A stretch of 54,844 nt of DNA. Origin: Gammaproteobacteria bacterium (GTDB lineage: Bacteria; Pseudomonadota; Gammaproteobacteria; Pseudomonadales; Pseudohongiellaceae). Position 1 is the stretch's first letter. Each line of letters begins with the position of its first letter. Location of the stretch: positions 1-54,844 of the forward strand of contig JAWLFN010000001.1 in the NCBI GenBank assembly GCA_041685555.1. The letters run 5' to 3'. Under the pieces are notes generated by a model. The model ran no database searches, was not told the origin of the DNA, and saw only the letters and a program-made list of their open reading frames with translations. This document shows positions 28,872 to 39,542 of this stretch, piece by piece. The position numbers were made by a program, and so were the translations under genes.

Positions 28872-29654
28872 TCAGCTCGCGTCGTTGTTTTCTTTCTTGC
28901 GGGTATCCACCAGAAAATCCTCCAGTGGGCGTTCCGTCAATCGGCTGATGCGCGAGAATACGAACCAGATGGCCAGCATCAGTACCACCATGCTGGGTAA
29001 GGCGATGACCGGATAGCTCAATGCCGTCATGCGTCCCAGCTCCTCACTGTATTCCGTGGTGCCGGGCTGGCTGACCACAATGAGGCGGGCGAGAATATAG
29101 TTCAATGCCGACGACAGGAAGAAGGATCCAGCGACGATGGCCGAGGCCTGTGAAAGCCGACGCTCGAAAGTGGCGCGGGTGCCTTTCTGATCGAGCACCG
29201 CATAGAGCAGGCGGATGCGGATCAGCTGTGCATTGAGGATGAGCGTTTTTACCAGCGGGTAACGGGTTCTCTGGCTGATCAGTACAGCCACGCCGATCAG
29301 GCCCGGAATCGCAGCTTCCTTGATGGCGAGGTATTGCGGGTCGAGTCGCAACAGGCTGATTCCACCGGTCAGTACGACGCTGACCACGCCCAGCACGGAG
29401 AAAGGATTGATCTTTCCCGACTGCTTGAGATCCCAAAGACCATACGTGATGGGGAAGGCCAGTGCGATCACAATGCTCCAGGTCGGCCCCAGGCTTTCCG
29501 TGTCGGAAAACCGGGTCAGGATGACGACCGGAATGATGATATTGAAGACCAGATTGCCGAGGAATCCGCCCTGTGGCGCAGCAGCTTCTTCCTCAACCCG
29601 GGGAAGAGTGTCCGGCGGATCACGGCGGACTTCTGAGGGATCGCGCTCGGTCAT
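28872..29654 (-). CDS. Multi-pass inner-membrane protein of unknown function
   Basis: 260 aa with a charged N-terminus followed by about 6 hydrophobic segments. I could not assign a family confidently. Confidence 0.7.
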   Translation of the reverse strand: MTERDPSEVRRDPPDTLPRVEEEAAAPQGGFLGNLVFNIIIPVVILTRFSDTESLGPTWSIVIALAFPITYGLWDLKQSGKINPFSVLGVVSVVLTGGISLLRLDPQYLAIKEAAIPGLIGVAVLISQRTRYPLVKTLILNAQLIRIRLLYAVLDQKGTRATFERRLSQASAIVAGSFFLSSALNYILARLIVVSQPGTTEYSEELGRMTALSYPVIALPSMVVLMLAIWFVFSRISRLTERPLEDFLVDTRKKENNDAS

Positions 29655-29672
29655 TCGGCTCCCGGAAAGAGA

Positions 29673-29749
29673 TGGTAGCTATGGGTGGACTTGAACCACC
29701 GACCCCAGCATTATGAATGCTGTGCTCTAACCAACTGAGCTACATAGCC
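29673..29749 (-). tRNA. tRNA-Met (anticodon CAU), elongator type
   Basis: The reverse complement GGCTATGTAGCTCAGTTGGTTAGAGCACAGCATTCATAATGCTGGGGTCGGTGGTTCAAGTCCACCCATAGCTACCA forms a cloverleaf and is close to E. coli metT. It encodes the CCA end and has a G1-U72 wobble pair. I cannot formally exclude tRNA-Ile2. Confidence 0.9.
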
Positions 29750-29813
29750 ACGACGTGTTTCGGAGGATGCGAATTCTGTCCTTTCCGGGTCCTGTTGTCA
29801 AGTGCCGACAGGT

Positions 29814-30905
29814 CTATACATTGAATCGGAAGTGGATCACGTCGCCGTCCTGCACAATGTACTCCTTGCCTTCCAGCCGCCACCTGCCGGCTTCCTTGGC
29901 GCCCTGCTCGCCATTGCCGGCGATGAAGTCGTCATAGCCCACGACTTCGGCCCGGATGAAGCCGCGCTCGAAATCCGTATGGATGACGCCGGCCGCCTGT
30001 GGAGCCGTGGCGCCCACCGGGATGGTCCAGGCCCGTACCTCCTTCTCGCCGGCCGTGAAATACGTCTGCAGGCCCAGCAGTCGATATCCCGCGCGGATCA
30101 CCCGGTCCAGGCCCGGTTCTTCCATGCCCAGCTCCTGCAGGAATTCCTCGCGCTCATCGTCGGCCAGCTCGACGATCTCTGCCTCCAACTTGTTGCAGAC
30201 TGGAACCAGTACGGCGCCCTCCGCCTCACAGACGGCGGCCACCTCGTCAAGCATGGGATTGTTCTCGAACCCGTCTTCATCGACGTTGGCGATGTACATG
30301 GTCGGCTTGGCCGTGAGCAGATGGAAGCCATACAGGTCACTGCGTTGCTGCTCGTCCAGCGTCATGCTGCGCGCAGGGTGGCCTGCGTCCAGATGATCGC
30401 GTAGCTGCTCGCAGAGTGCCAGTTGTCGGACTGCATCCTTGTCACCGCTCTTGGCCACCCGGGACAGCCGGTTGATGCTTTTCTCGATGGTCTCGAGGTC
30501 CGCTAGCGCCAGTTCGGTGTTGATGGTCTCGATATCGGCCGTGGGACTGATCTGGTCGGCCACGTGCATGATGTTGTCGTCCGTAAAACAGCGGACCACG
30601 TGCGCGATGGCATCGGTTTCACGAATGTTGGCCAGGAACTGGTTCCCCAGGCCTTCGCCTTTCGATGCGCCGGCAACGAGTCCGGCAATGTCAACGAACT
30701 CCATGGTTGTCGGCAGGGTCTTCTGTGGCTTCACGATATCGGTCAGCGCATCCAGCCGGGGGTCGGGCATCGGCACGATACCGGAATTGGGCTCGATGGT
30801 GCAGAACGGAAAATTCTCCGCGGCGATGCCCGCCTTGGTCAGGGCATTGAACAGTGTGGACTTGCCTACGTTGGGCAGCCCTACAATACCGCATTTGAAT
30901 CCCAT
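29814..30905 (-). CDS. ychF: Redox-regulated ribosome-binding ATPase YchF
   Basis: [24 protein letters not shown]-terminus; 363 aa. Confidence 0.96.
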   Translation of the reverse strand: MGFKCGIVGLPNVGKSTLFNALTKAGIAAENFPFCTIEPNSGIVPMPDPRLDALTDIVKPQKTLPTTMEFVDIAGLVAGASKGEGLGNQFLANIRETDAIAHVVRCFTDDNIMHVADQISPTADIETINTELALADLETIEKSINRLSRVAKSGDKDAVRQLALCEQLRDHLDAGHPARSMTLDEQQRSDLYGFHLLTAKPTMYIANVDEDGFENNPMLDEVAAVCEAEGAVLVPVCNKLEAEIVELADDEREEFLQELGMEEPGLDRVIRAGYRLLGLQTYFTAGEKEVRAWTIPVGATAPQAAGVIHTDFERGFIRAEVVGYDDFIAGNGEQGAKEAGRWRLEGKEYIVQDGDVIHFRFNV

Positions 30906-30914
30906 ATCGTGTCC

Positions 30915-31508
30915 TCAGTCTGTCTGTCTGGTGTGCATGTCACGCATCACGGTCTGCCATTGTCCGCTGACAGCGCTGGGCGTGACCCGCACGGCTTCGT
31001 TGATGGTTGCACGGATCACCTGGCTTTCGCTGCGCGAGGGTTCGGTCAGCACGTAGTGGGCCACCATGGACTTTTGTCCGGGGGGGCCCCCGCCGATCCG
31101 CCGACGATAGAAGTCACGCTGTCCGCCCAGCGCCTGGATGATGTCGCGGATACCATTGTGACCTCCGTGACCGCCGCCGAAGCGGAAACGTGTCGTTCCG
31201 GCCGGATAATCGATCTCGTCGTAGGCGACCAGCAGGTTCTCCGGTTCGATATTGAAATAGCGACACACGGCGCCCACGGACTGGCCGCTGCGATTCATGA
31301 ATGTGGTCGGAAAGAGCAGTCGTACGTCATTGCCGTCAATGTTGACTCTGGCCATCTCGCCGGCAAAGCGGGATTCCGGGCGCCACTCGCCATGCCAGGC
31401 ACGGCATACCGCATCGACATACCATTGACCGGTATTATGGCGATGTCCCTGGTATTTCGGGCCGGGGTTGCCGAGTCCGACAATGAGTTTGACGGGATAT
31501 TCCTGCAT
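30915..31508 (-). CDS. pth: Peptidyl-tRNA hydrolase
   Basis: LIVGLGNPGPKYQGHRHNTG motif; 197 aa. Confidence 0.95.
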   Translation of the reverse strand: MQEYPVKLIVGLGNPGPKYQGHRHNTGQWYVDAVCRAWHGEWRPESRFAGEMARVNIDGNDVRLLFPTTFMNRSGQSVGAVCRYFNIEPENLLVAYDEIDYPAGTTRFRFGGGHGGHNGIRDIIQALGGQRDFYRRRIGGGPPGQKSMVAHYVLTEPSRSESQVIRATINEAVRVTPSAVSGQWQTVMRDMHTRQTD

Positions 31509-31580
31509 GATGGGGGGTACCGGTCGGGACAGGCGCGGTCCACCGAAACCGATGGGGCCGCGCCATCACCGTGATGACAA

Positions 31581-32258
31581 TCAGTCGTTCGACTTGTCTT
31601 CTTCCTTGCTCTCTGCCTTCTCTTTCTCGCGTGCCTCGGCTTCCTTTTCGTCGTCCTCGTCTGCTTCGACCCCGCCGCGTGGCGGACGGACAGTCACGAT
31701 GGCATGATCGGCGTCTTCGCTGTGCATCAGGTCCACGCTGGTGACTCCGGCCGGCAGTGAGATCTCGGAAATATGGATGAGTTCACCCACGTCGAGGTCC
31801 GCCAGATCGATTTCCAGATACTCCGGCAGGTTCTTGGGAAGACATTCCACTTCCAGTTCGGTCATGTTCTTGATGATGCTGCCGCCACCCAGTTTGACAC
31901 CCTTGCACTTGTCCTCGTTGAGGAAGTGCAGCGGTACGCGTACATGGATGGCCTGCTTCGCGCTGACACGCTGGAAGTCCGCATGCATCAGGAAGGGCCG
32001 CGACGGATGACGTTGCAGGTCCTTGATGACCACCTGTTCCTTCTTGCCGTCGATGTGCAGGGTGATGACATGAGAGAAGAAAGCCTCGTTCTCGATGGCC
32101 TTGCTCAGCTCTCGGTGCGAGATGGTGATGGACTGCGGCTTCTTTTTGCCCCCGTACACAATGGCGGGGATCTCCCCGGCCAGGCGACGCAGGCGGCGGC
32201 TCGCACCTTTGCCCTGATCGGCTCTGGCCTTTGCATTCAGATCAAATTCGTTGGACAT
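31581..32258 (-). CDS. rplY: 50S ribosomal protein L25 / general stress protein Ctc
   Basis: Trimmed to ATG 32258 (GGAGAA ribosome-binding site). Contains RRLRRLAGEIPAIVYGG and has an acidic C-terminal tail. Confidence 0.92.
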   Translation of the reverse strand: MSNEFDLNAKARADQGKGASRRLRRLAGEIPAIVYGGKKKPQSITISHRELSKAIENEAFFSHVITLHIDGKKEQVVIKDLQRHPSRPFLMHADFQRVSAKQAIHVRVPLHFLNEDKCKGVKLGGGSIIKNMTELEVECLPKNLPEYLEIDLADLDVGELIHISEISLPAGVTSVDLMHSEDADHAIVTVRPPRGGVEADEDDEKEAEAREKEKAESKEEDKSND

Positions 32259-32385
32259 ACTGTTTTCTCCAGTTGATGGTCTTCCCGTGGGCGGTTCGCG
32301 ACCAAACCGCTTGACGGTGCTGTTGTCCACGGTCATGCCGACCGTGTCGTTGACTACCGGCGGTGGCCGGTATCCATGGCGCCTG

Positions 32386-33336
32386 TCAGGTATTGTCAAA
32401 CATGGCGCTGATGGACTCTTCGTTGCTGACCCGCCGTATGGACTCGGCCAGCAGTTTTGCCATACTCAGTGTGCGTATCTTGCCGATTTTCGCGGCTTCG
32501 GCGGATAGCGGGATCGTGTCCGTGACCACCAGGGAATCCAGTGCAGAGCCGCTGATGTTCTCCAGAGCCTTGCCGGACAGGACCGGATGGGTGCAGTAGG
32601 CCATCACCTCTCGTGCACCGTGCTCCTTCAATGCAGCCGCTGCCTTGCAGAGCGTACCGGCCGTGTCGACCATATCATCCACGATAAGACAGCTGCGGTT
32701 ATTGACCTCGCCGATGATGTGCATGATCTGGGCTTCGTTGGCCTGCGGCCGGCGCTTGTCGATGATGGCCAGATCCACATTGAGTTGCTTGGCGATGGCC
32801 CGGGCTCTCACGACGCCGCCGATATCCGGGGATACCACGGTGAGATTGGTGTAATTCTGGCGGATGATATCATCTGTCAACACCGGAGAGCCGTAGACAT
32901 TGTCCACGGGAATGTTGAAAAAGCCCTGTATCTGCTCTGCATGCAGATCCACTGTCAGTACACGGTTGATGCCCACGGCGGATATCATGTCCGCCACCAC
33001 TTTGGCACTGATGGCGACACGCGCGGATCGTACGCGACGATCCTGTCGGGCGTAGCCGAAGTAGGGGATGACGGCAGTGACGCGATTGGCCGAGGCGCGG
33101 TGCATGGCATCGGCCGTCAGCAACAGTTCCATCAGACTGTCATTGGTGGGAGCGCAGGTCGGCTGGATGATGAAGACGTCCTTGCCGCGGACATTCTCCT
33201 GGATCTCGACCGCGACTTCTCCATCACTGAATTTTCCGATATCGGCCTGGCCTACCGGTATGCCGATATGACGCGCGATATTTTCCGCCAGCACGGGATT
33301 GGCGTTACCCGTGAAGACCATCAGATTGTTTGCCAT
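32386..33336 (-). CDS. prs: Ribose-phosphate pyrophosphokinase
   Basis: Trimmed to ATG 33336 ([14 protein letters not shown]). Contains the PRPP-binding motif. Confidence 0.95.
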   Translation of the reverse strand: MANNLMVFTGNANPVLAENIARHIGIPVGQADIGKFSDGEVAVEIQENVRGKDVFIIQPTCAPTNDSLMELLLTADAMHRASANRVTAVIPYFGYARQDRRVRSARVAISAKVVADMISAVGINRVLTVDLHAEQIQGFFNIPVDNVYGSPVLTDDIIRQNYTNLTVVSPDIGGVVRARAIAKQLNVDLAIIDKRRPQANEAQIMHIIGEVNNRSCLIVDDMVDTAGTLCKAAAALKEHGAREVMAYCTHPVLSGKALENISGSALDSLVVTDTIPLSAEAAKIGKIRTLSMAKLLAESIRRVSNEESISAMFDNT

Positions 33337-33482
33337 GGGATCCTTACCTTCGGAATGCCGGGCACCGGCCGCGGGCGCCTGCTTGCAATAGGGTCTGTTC
33401 TGTAACTTGTTGATGGCTGAGCCCATCCGAATCAGTGGTTGTCTGAGCCGGCGTCCGCAAGGAGAATTCGGGGGCGCAGGAC

Positions 33483-33521
33483 GCAAACACCGGCCGCCCA
33501 GCGAGTGCTGCACGGCCGGTG
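33483..33521 (-). terminator. Possible terminator downstream of tRNA-Gln
   Basis: On the minus strand, caccggccg...cggccggtg forms a 9-bp GC-rich stem followed by TTTG. The loop is long and the T tract is short. Confidence 0.4.
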
Positions 33522-33531
33522 TTCATCGGTT

Positions 33532-33606
33532 TGGCTGGGGTGGCTGGATTCGAACCAACGCATGCAAGGATCAAAACCTTGTGCCTTACCACTTGGCGAC
33601 ACCCCA
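33532..33606 (-). tRNA. tRNA-Gln (anticodon UUG)
   Basis: The reverse complement TGGGGTGTCGCCAAGTGGTAAGGCACAAGGTTTTGATCCTTGCATGCGTTGGTTCGAATCCAGCCACCCCAGCCA is close to E. coli tRNA-Gln. Confidence 0.93.
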
Positions 33607-33626
33607 TTCGAGACGCGCATTATACG

Positions 33627-34511
33627 CTATTGTGTCTGGCTTTGCAGCCCCTTCAGCAGATCCGGTACCGGAGAACGGTCCAGGCCTCTGGCCACAAAGC
33701 CTGTCAGTCCATCAGTACGTCCGAGCACCTCATGGAGGGCCAGTTCCGCGCGGTACTGATCGGAAAAGGCCGCGAATACGCTTGAACCGGTTCCGGTCAG
33801 GCGCGAACTGGCGTACTGACCCAGCTCCGTCAGGGCGTTCTCTACCTCCGGAAACAACTGTCGGACCAGATTTTCACAGTCATTCCGGGAGTGCCCTGCC
33901 AGAAAGTCGGTCATTCTGATCGCTGATCCGTTTCTTGTCAATTCCCGGTGCGAAAAAATCGCGGCGGTCGAAACATGACAGGCCGGCGTCAGTACGGTGT
34001 ACCAGCGCCGGGGCAAAGTCACCGGTTCCAGCTTCTCTCCCACTCCAGTGGCCCAGGCGCTGTGCCCGTAAACGAATACGGGAACGTCGGCGCCGAGCTG
34101 GAGTCCCATGGCAGCCAGCTCTCCGACAGGCAGATGCAGATGCCACAGCTGGTTCAGTGCCAGCAATGTGGTGGCGGCATCCGAGCTGCCTCCGCCCAGT
34201 CCGGCGCCCGCCGGCAGGTATTTCTGGAGCGTGATCCGCACACCGGGGGGGGCGGACGCCTGTATCCGGGACTGGATCAGGCGGGCGGCGCGAACCACCA
34301 GGTTGTCGGGGCCCTCTAGGTCGCTGTCCCCGCACTCGAGCCGGATACGTCCATCAACGGTGGTGTCGAAATGCAGGCGATCACCGCGGTCCAGGATATG
34401 GAATAGCGTCTGTAGTTCATGATAACCATCCGGGCGACGGCCGGTGATATGGAGAAAAAGGTTGAGCTTGGCGGGCGCGGGAAGGGTGATCGAGCGTGCC
34501 GGGGTGGTCAT
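33627..34511 (-). CDS. ispE: 4-diphosphocytidyl-2-C-methyl-D-erythritol kinase
   Basis: 294 aa; PAKLNLFLHITGRRPDGYH and GHMP kinase motif PAGAGLGGGSSDAA. Confidence 0.95.
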   Translation of the reverse strand: MTTPARSITLPAPAKLNLFLHITGRRPDGYHELQTLFHILDRGDRLHFDTTVDGRIRLECGDSDLEGPDNLVVRAARLIQSRIQASAPPGVRITLQKYLPAGAGLGGGSSDAATTLLALNQLWHLHLPVGELAAMGLQLGADVPVFVYGHSAWATGVGEKLEPVTLPRRWYTVLTPACHVSTAAIFSHRELTRNGSAIRMTDFLAGHSRNDCENLVRQLFPEVENALTELGQYASSRLTGTGSSVFAAFSDQYRAELALHEVLGRTDGLTGFVARGLDRSPVPDLLKGLQSQTQ

Positions 34512-35140
34512 CCGTCATGCTCCGTGTCCCAGGTCATGCGGACCAGGTCCACCTGTAGAGGCGGTTTCTCGATACGGATCCGGGCGGGCAGTGTCTCGGG
34601 CTGGTGTTCGTTATAGCCAAGGTACTGGATGCGCCACCCGGATTGATGCAGCTCCACCAGCTGGTTTTTTTCGCCAAAACGGGTCTCGGCCGGCAGATCC
34701 GGCACCGGTATACCCTTGAGCCAGTAGTCCAGTCGGGACACCGGCAGTTCGTAACCCAGTTCCCGATAGACCAGTTCCTCGGGCGTTTCCGTGATGATCG
34801 GTTCTTCGCCGCGTTGACTGATGATCACCTGACCGGGTTCACCGATGATTTCCGTGGCGCCGGCATTGAAAGCCCCCCACAGATTGATCCGGTACCCGTC
34901 GTCCTGTTGTTGCCACCGGATTCTTGACGAGTGGGATTCCTCGTCATCGCTGACCCGGATGCTGCCTATGAAGCTCCAGGTCCGCAGCGATTCCAGCACC
35001 GCGCGACGCTGCTCCCATTCCGGATTGACCGGTGGGGCGATGCCGGCAGGGGTCCGGCAGCCGGCGAGGGTCACCAGCAGCAGTGCCGCGATGCATGCTG
35101 CCGTGCGCCTGCAGGGGGCAGGTGTGCTCTGATTGTACAC
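34508..35140 (-). CDS. lolB: Outer-membrane lipoprotein LolB
   Basis: Lipobox LAGC, in the conserved lolB-ispE order. I prefer GTG 35140 because it avoids overlap with the TPR gene; ATG 35182 is an alternative. Confidence 0.85.
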   Translation of the reverse strand: MYNQSTPAPCRRTAACIAALLLVTLAGCRTPAGIAPPVNPEWEQRRAVLESLRTWSFIGSIRVSDDEESHSSRIRWQQQDDGYRINLWGAFNAGATEIIGEPGQVIISQRGEEPIITETPEELVYRELGYELPVSRLDYWLKGIPVPDLPAETRFGEKNQLVELHQSGWRIQYLGYNEHQPETLPARIRIEKPPLQVDLVRMTWDTEHDG

Positions 35141-35147
35141 AGTCTCT

Positions 35148-36935
35148 CTAGCGGGCCAGGCGGTCCATGGCATCATTGACATACTCGCTGTCCGGCTCCT
35201 GTTCCAGTGCTTCCCGCCAGATGGTCATGGCGCGCTCGCGTTCTCCCCGGGTCCAGAGGGCCTCACCCAGGTGGGCTGCCACTTCGTGATTCGGGAAAGC
35301 GGCGTAGGCACGCTCCAGGTTGTGCACCGCGTCATCCAGCTGCCCCAGCTTGAATTGAACCCAGCCCAGGCTGTCGAGGATGGCCGGGTCATCCGGCTGC
35401 TGGGCCAATGCCTGTTCAATCAGGTCGAGCGCTTCCTCGTACCGGTCGGTACGGACAGTCAGTGAGTACCCCAGATGATTGAGTGCTCTTGCATTCTCTG
35501 GCTCCTGCTCCAGAATCCTGCGCAGATCGCGGTGGATGGCGCTCTGATTATCGCGTTGCTCGTTCAGCGTGACGCGGGCGAACAGCAGGTCCACGTTGTC
35601 GGGAAACTGCGTCAGGGCTTCATCCAGCAGTTCGGCTGCCCGTTCCCGTTGACCGGCGCCCAACAGGGTTTCCGCCTCCATTGTCCGGATCAGTGCGGTC
35701 AGGTCGGGATGGCGCTCGCTGACCTGGTCCGACCATTCTCTGGCCTCGTCGTACTGGCTGCGGTTGATCAACAGGGCAAGGGCGCGGCGTTGCGCCGCCA
35801 CATAGGCGCCGGACCGTCGCTCCACGCCGGAATACCATTGCAGTGCCTGCTCGGGCGCCCGATTGCGTTCTGCAATCATGCCCAGGTAATACAGTGCCTC
35901 GTTGCGCCTGTGATTGGCACTGGCAAGCGCTTCGAGCTGGGCGGCCGCTTCCCGGTCGGCCCCCAGTTCCACGTTCAGCATGGCCAGGGAGAACAGGCTT
36001 TCCAGGTCACCCGGCGCGCGTCGTAGCAGTTGATTGAACTGGTCGCGGGCGGCACGGAGTTCGCCAGTCCGCATCAGTAGCTGTGCAAGATTGTAACGCA
36101 GCAGGCGATGGCCCGGATGGCGATCCACGCCGCGCTGCAGCAGGGTCAACGCCTCCGTGCGCTGATCGATATTCTGCAGCAGCTGCGCCTGCACGATGAT
36201 CCATCTGGGGGTCTCCCCGAATCGATCAAGTGCTTCATCCAGCACCGTCCGGGCCTGCTCCCTGTCACCGGCATAATCAAGCTGCTGAGCCAGGGCGTAG
36301 TACAGGGAGGGCTCGTCCGGGAACCGCTCGCGCATCTGTGCCAGGCGTTCGCGTATCTGTTGGCGCGTGGTGGCATCGACTTCAGTGGAGCGCGCGGATA
36401 CGGCGGTGAAATCCGCATCGCCGCCCATTTCCAGAACGGCCTCCATGTCGCGCATGGCGGCCAGTGGTTCGCCCCGTTGCAGCCGGTGGTAGCTGCGCAT
36501 CAGTCGGGCTTCCTCCTCGTCCGGTGCCAGGTCGATCCAGCGGTCGGTGAGTGTCAGGGTCGCTTCGACATCGCCGACCGCCGCATTATATTCGGCGGCC
36601 CTGCGGATGATGCCCAGATCTCCGGTATCCAGAGCCAGGTGATAGTAGCGCTCTGCCGCCTCTTCCAGCCGACCACGCTGGCCACCGAGCTCCCCGAGAA
36701 TCATCGCGGTGAGCTGTTCTCTGGTGAAATTGCCGTATTGTTGTGGTTCCGGGGCTTCGTCGACCTCGGCGGGGGTGCCGATTTCCGTCGTGTCGACCGT
36801 GAGATTTTCGGACGATGCCGTCTGTGTTTCCGTCGATACGGGGTCTGGCAGCGTGGGGCCGCTGGCACAGGCAGTCAGCCAGGTACTCAACAGGCTGGCC
36901 CGCATGATCTGTGTAAGGGTGCTGCTATAGGTCAT
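35148..36935 (-). CDS. TPR-repeat lipoprotein (conserved neighbour of lolB)
   Basis: 595 aa. Lipobox LTAC followed by many TPR-like helical repeats. Confidence 0.85.
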   Translation of the reverse strand: MTYSSTLTQIMRASLLSTWLTACASGPTLPDPVSTETQTASSENLTVDTTEIGTPAEVDEAPEPQQYGNFTREQLTAMILGELGGQRGRLEEAAERYYHLALDTGDLGIIRRAAEYNAAVGDVEATLTLTDRWIDLAPDEEEARLMRSYHRLQRGEPLAAMRDMEAVLEMGGDADFTAVSARSTEVDATTRQQIRERLAQMRERFPDEPSLYYALAQQLDYAGDREQARTVLDEALDRFGETPRWIIVQAQLLQNIDQRTEALTLLQRGVDRHPGHRLLRYNLAQLLMRTGELRAARDQFNQLLRRAPGDLESLFSLAMLNVELGADREAAAQLEALASANHRRNEALYYLGMIAERNRAPEQALQWYSGVERRSGAYVAAQRRALALLINRSQYDEAREWSDQVSERHPDLTALIRTMEAETLLGAGQRERAAELLDEALTQFPDNVDLLFARVTLNEQRDNQSAIHRDLRRILEQEPENARALNHLGYSLTVRTDRYEEALDLIEQALAQQPDDPAILDSLGWVQFKLGQLDDAVHNLERAYAAFPNHEVAAHLGEALWTRGERERAMTIWREALEQEPDSEYVNDAMDRLAR

Positions 36936-37123
36936 TTCAATCCGGCGTCAGTCACACCGGGGCCGTTCCCGGTGGTGGTCCTCGATTGTAGCAGGATTAG
37001 CCCGGCACTACACAGCAGACCGGTCTCGGCGCATAATGGGTTCAGTGTCCGGGATTGCATCGATGCAGCAAGCAGGGCCGATTTCCGGTAAGATAGCGCA
37101 TTTTCTCTGGTCAGCAGGTGCGT

Positions 37124-38455
37124 ATGGCGCTGGTTCTTCTGGGTATCAATCACAATACCGCCAATGTGGCGTTGCGTGAGCGGGTGGCTTTTCCGCCGGA
37201 GAAAATGGCCGGGGCCATGCAGGGTGTCACCGCGCTGGAGAATGTCACCGAGGCTGTCATCGTATCCACCTGCAATCGTACCGAGCTGTACGTGGATGTC
37301 GACCTGGGTGAGCCCGCGGCTGATACCGGTGAGGGACAGGTCGATGATGCTGTGCAGGAGGTCGAGCAGCAGCGCCTGCTGCGGTGGATGGCCCGTTATC
37401 ATGGCATAGATCCCGGCGAGCTGGGCGACAGCAGTTACATTTTCTGGCGCGAGGACGTGATCCGTCATCTGATGCGGGTGGCCTGCGGTCTCGATTCCAT
37501 GGTGCTGGGAGAGCCGCAGATTCTGGGCCAGATCAAATCCGCCTACGCGGTGGCCACCGAGCTGGAGTCCGCCGGCCCACAGCTGGGGCGGGCTTTCCAG
37601 GATGCCTTCTCGATCGCGAAACAGGTGCGCACGGATACCGCCATCGGGGAAAACCCGGTATCGGTGGCCTATGCGGCGGTGACTCTGGCCGAGCAGATAT
37701 TTTCGGATCTGGGCAGTCTCAGTGCGTTATTGATCGGCGCCGGGCACACCATTGAACTGGTGGCGAGGCATTTGCGCGACAAGGGCGTCAGGCAGATCGT
37801 GGTGGCCAATCGTACATTGGAGAACGCGGTGCGCCTGGGGTCACGCTTCGATGGGGAAGGAGTTTTGCTGTCCGACATCCCCGAGCGTTTGAAAACGGCC
37901 GATATCGTGGTTTCATCCACCAACAGTCAGTTGCCGCTGCTGGGAAAAGGCGCTGTGGAGCAGGCCATACGCAAGCGCCGTCACAAGCCCATGTTGCTGG
38001 TGGACCTGGCGGTGCCACGTGATATCGAGCCGGAAGTGGGGCAGATTGCCGATGCCTATCTGTACAGCGTGGATGATATCCGCGATGTCATCGAGGATGG
38101 AGTCAAGAGCCGACACGAGGCGGCGCAACAGGCCGCTTCCATCATCGAACGGGGGGTTGAGGATTACATCCGCCATGTCCGTTCTCTCAACGCGATCGCC
38201 ACATTGCGTTCATTCCGGGGCAACGCCGAATCGATCCGCGAACAGGAGCTGGAAAAAGCCCGCCGCGCCCTGGAAAACGGCAAGCCGGCTGTCGATGTGC
38301 TGGAGGCGATGTCCCGCGGTATCACCAACAAGTTGCTGCATGCCCCCAGTGTCAGAATGAAGCAGGCCAGCGCCGAGGGGCGCGACGACCTTATGCGTCT
38401 GACCCGGGAGCTGTTTGGCCTTGACGCCATTTCCGGGGAACGGGGGGAACAGTGA
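37124..38455 (+). CDS. hemA: Glutamyl-tRNA reductase
   Basis: [23 protein letters not shown] and STCNRTELY motifs. Confidence 0.95.
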   Translation: MALVLLGINHNTANVALRERVAFPPEKMAGAMQGVTALENVTEAVIVSTCNRTELYVDVDLGEPAADTGEGQVDDAVQEVEQQRLLRWMARYHGIDPGELGDSSYIFWREDVIRHLMRVACGLDSMVLGEPQILGQIKSAYAVATELESAGPQLGRAFQDAFSIAKQVRTDTAIGENPVSVAYAAVTLAEQIFSDLGSLSALLIGAGHTIELVARHLRDKGVRQIVVANRTLENAVRLGSRFDGEGVLLSDIPERLKTADIVVSSTNSQLPLLGKGAVEQAIRKRRHKPMLLVDLAVPRDIEPEVGQIADAYLYSVDDIRDVIEDGVKSRHEAAQQAASIIERGVEDYIRHVRSLNAIATLRSFRGNAESIREQELEKARRALENGKPAVDVLEAMSRGITNKLLHAPSVRMKQASAEGRDDLMRLTRELFGLDAISGERGEQ

Positions 38456-39537
38456 TGAAGGCTTCCATCGTTGGCAAGCTGGAAGCTTTGGCGGAGCGCC
38501 ACGAGGAGCTGTCGGCTCTGCTCAGTGATTCGGAGATCATCGGCGACCAGCAACAGTTCCGCCCGTTGTCCCGGGAATACGCCGAGTTGGAGCCGGTGGT
38601 GACCGCGTTCGCGAGCTATCGGGAGGGCCTGGCGCAGTTGGCCGGGGCCCGTGAGCTGGTGGCCGATTCGGATGGTGACATGCGCGCCATGGCCGAAGAA
38701 GAAGTGCGGCGATTGGAGCAGCAGTTGACGGCACTGGAAACCGAGCTGCAGTGGCTGCTGATTCCGAAGGACGAAAATGATGATTGTGACGTGTTTCTGG
38801 AGATCCGGGCCGGCACCGGCGGCGATGAAGCGGCCCTGTTCGCTGGTGACCTGCTGCGCATGTATCTGCGCTATTCGGAATCACTGGGCTGGAATGTCGA
38901 GCTGCTCAACGAGCGTCCCGGTGAGCATGGGGGCTACAAGGAAGTGATCGCGCGAGTGAGTGGCAAGCAGGTCTATGGCCGACTGAAATTCGAGTCCGGA
39001 GCCCATCGGGTCCAGCGGGTACCGGAGACCGAGGCACAGGGGCGGATCCACACCTCGGCCTGCACGGTGGCCGTGTTGCCCGTGCCGGACGAGCAGCAGG
39101 CCGTCGAGATCAACAAGGCCGATCTGCGCGTCGATACCTTTCGTGCCAGCGGGGCCGGTGGCCAGCACGTCAACAAGACCGATTCGGCCATACGGATCAC
39201 CCATATTCCCACCGGCCTGGTGGTGGAATGTCAGGAAGAGCGTTCACAGCACAAGAATCGGGCGCGCGCGATGTCCCTTTTGCAGGCCCGTCTCGATGAC
39301 CGCCGCAGACAGTCAGCGGAACAGGAGCAGACCGATGCGCGTCGGCGGCTGGTCGGCAGCGGTGACCGTTCCGAGCGTATCCGTACATACAACTTTCCGC
39401 AGGGGAGGGTCACGGACCACCGCATCAATCTGACCCTCTATCGGCTGGAAGAGGTACTGACGGGTGACATGGATGCGGTGATCGAGCCATTGATCCATGA
39501 ATATCAGGCCGATCTGTTGGCCGAACTGGCCGCCTGA
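38455..39537 (+). CDS. prfA: Peptide chain release factor 1
   Basis: [13 protein letters not shown]-terminus and GGQ motif [14 protein letters not shown]. Confidence 0.96.
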   Translation: MKASIVGKLEALAERHEELSALLSDSEIIGDQQQFRPLSREYAELEPVVTAFASYREGLAQLAGARELVADSDGDMRAMAEEEVRRLEQQLTALETELQWLLIPKDENDDCDVFLEIRAGTGGDEAALFAGDLLRMYLRYSESLGWNVELLNERPGEHGGYKEVIARVSGKQVYGRLKFESGAHRVQRVPETEAQGRIHTSACTVAVLPVPDEQQAVEINKADLRVDTFRASGAGGQHVNKTDSAIRITHIPTGLVVECQEERSQHKNRARAMSLLQARLDDRRRQSAEQEQTDARRRLVGSGDRSERIRTYNFPQGRVTDHRINLTLYRLEEVLTGDMDAVIEPLIHEYQADLLAELAA

Positions 39538-39542
39538 ATACG

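Noticed and set aside
29673-33606. The tRNA genes as markers of an integrated mobile element or prophage.
   Set aside because: There is no integrase, excisionase, transposase or repeated tRNA 3' segment nearby. The genes between and around the tRNAs (ychF, pth, rplY, prs, ispE) are core and in conserved order.
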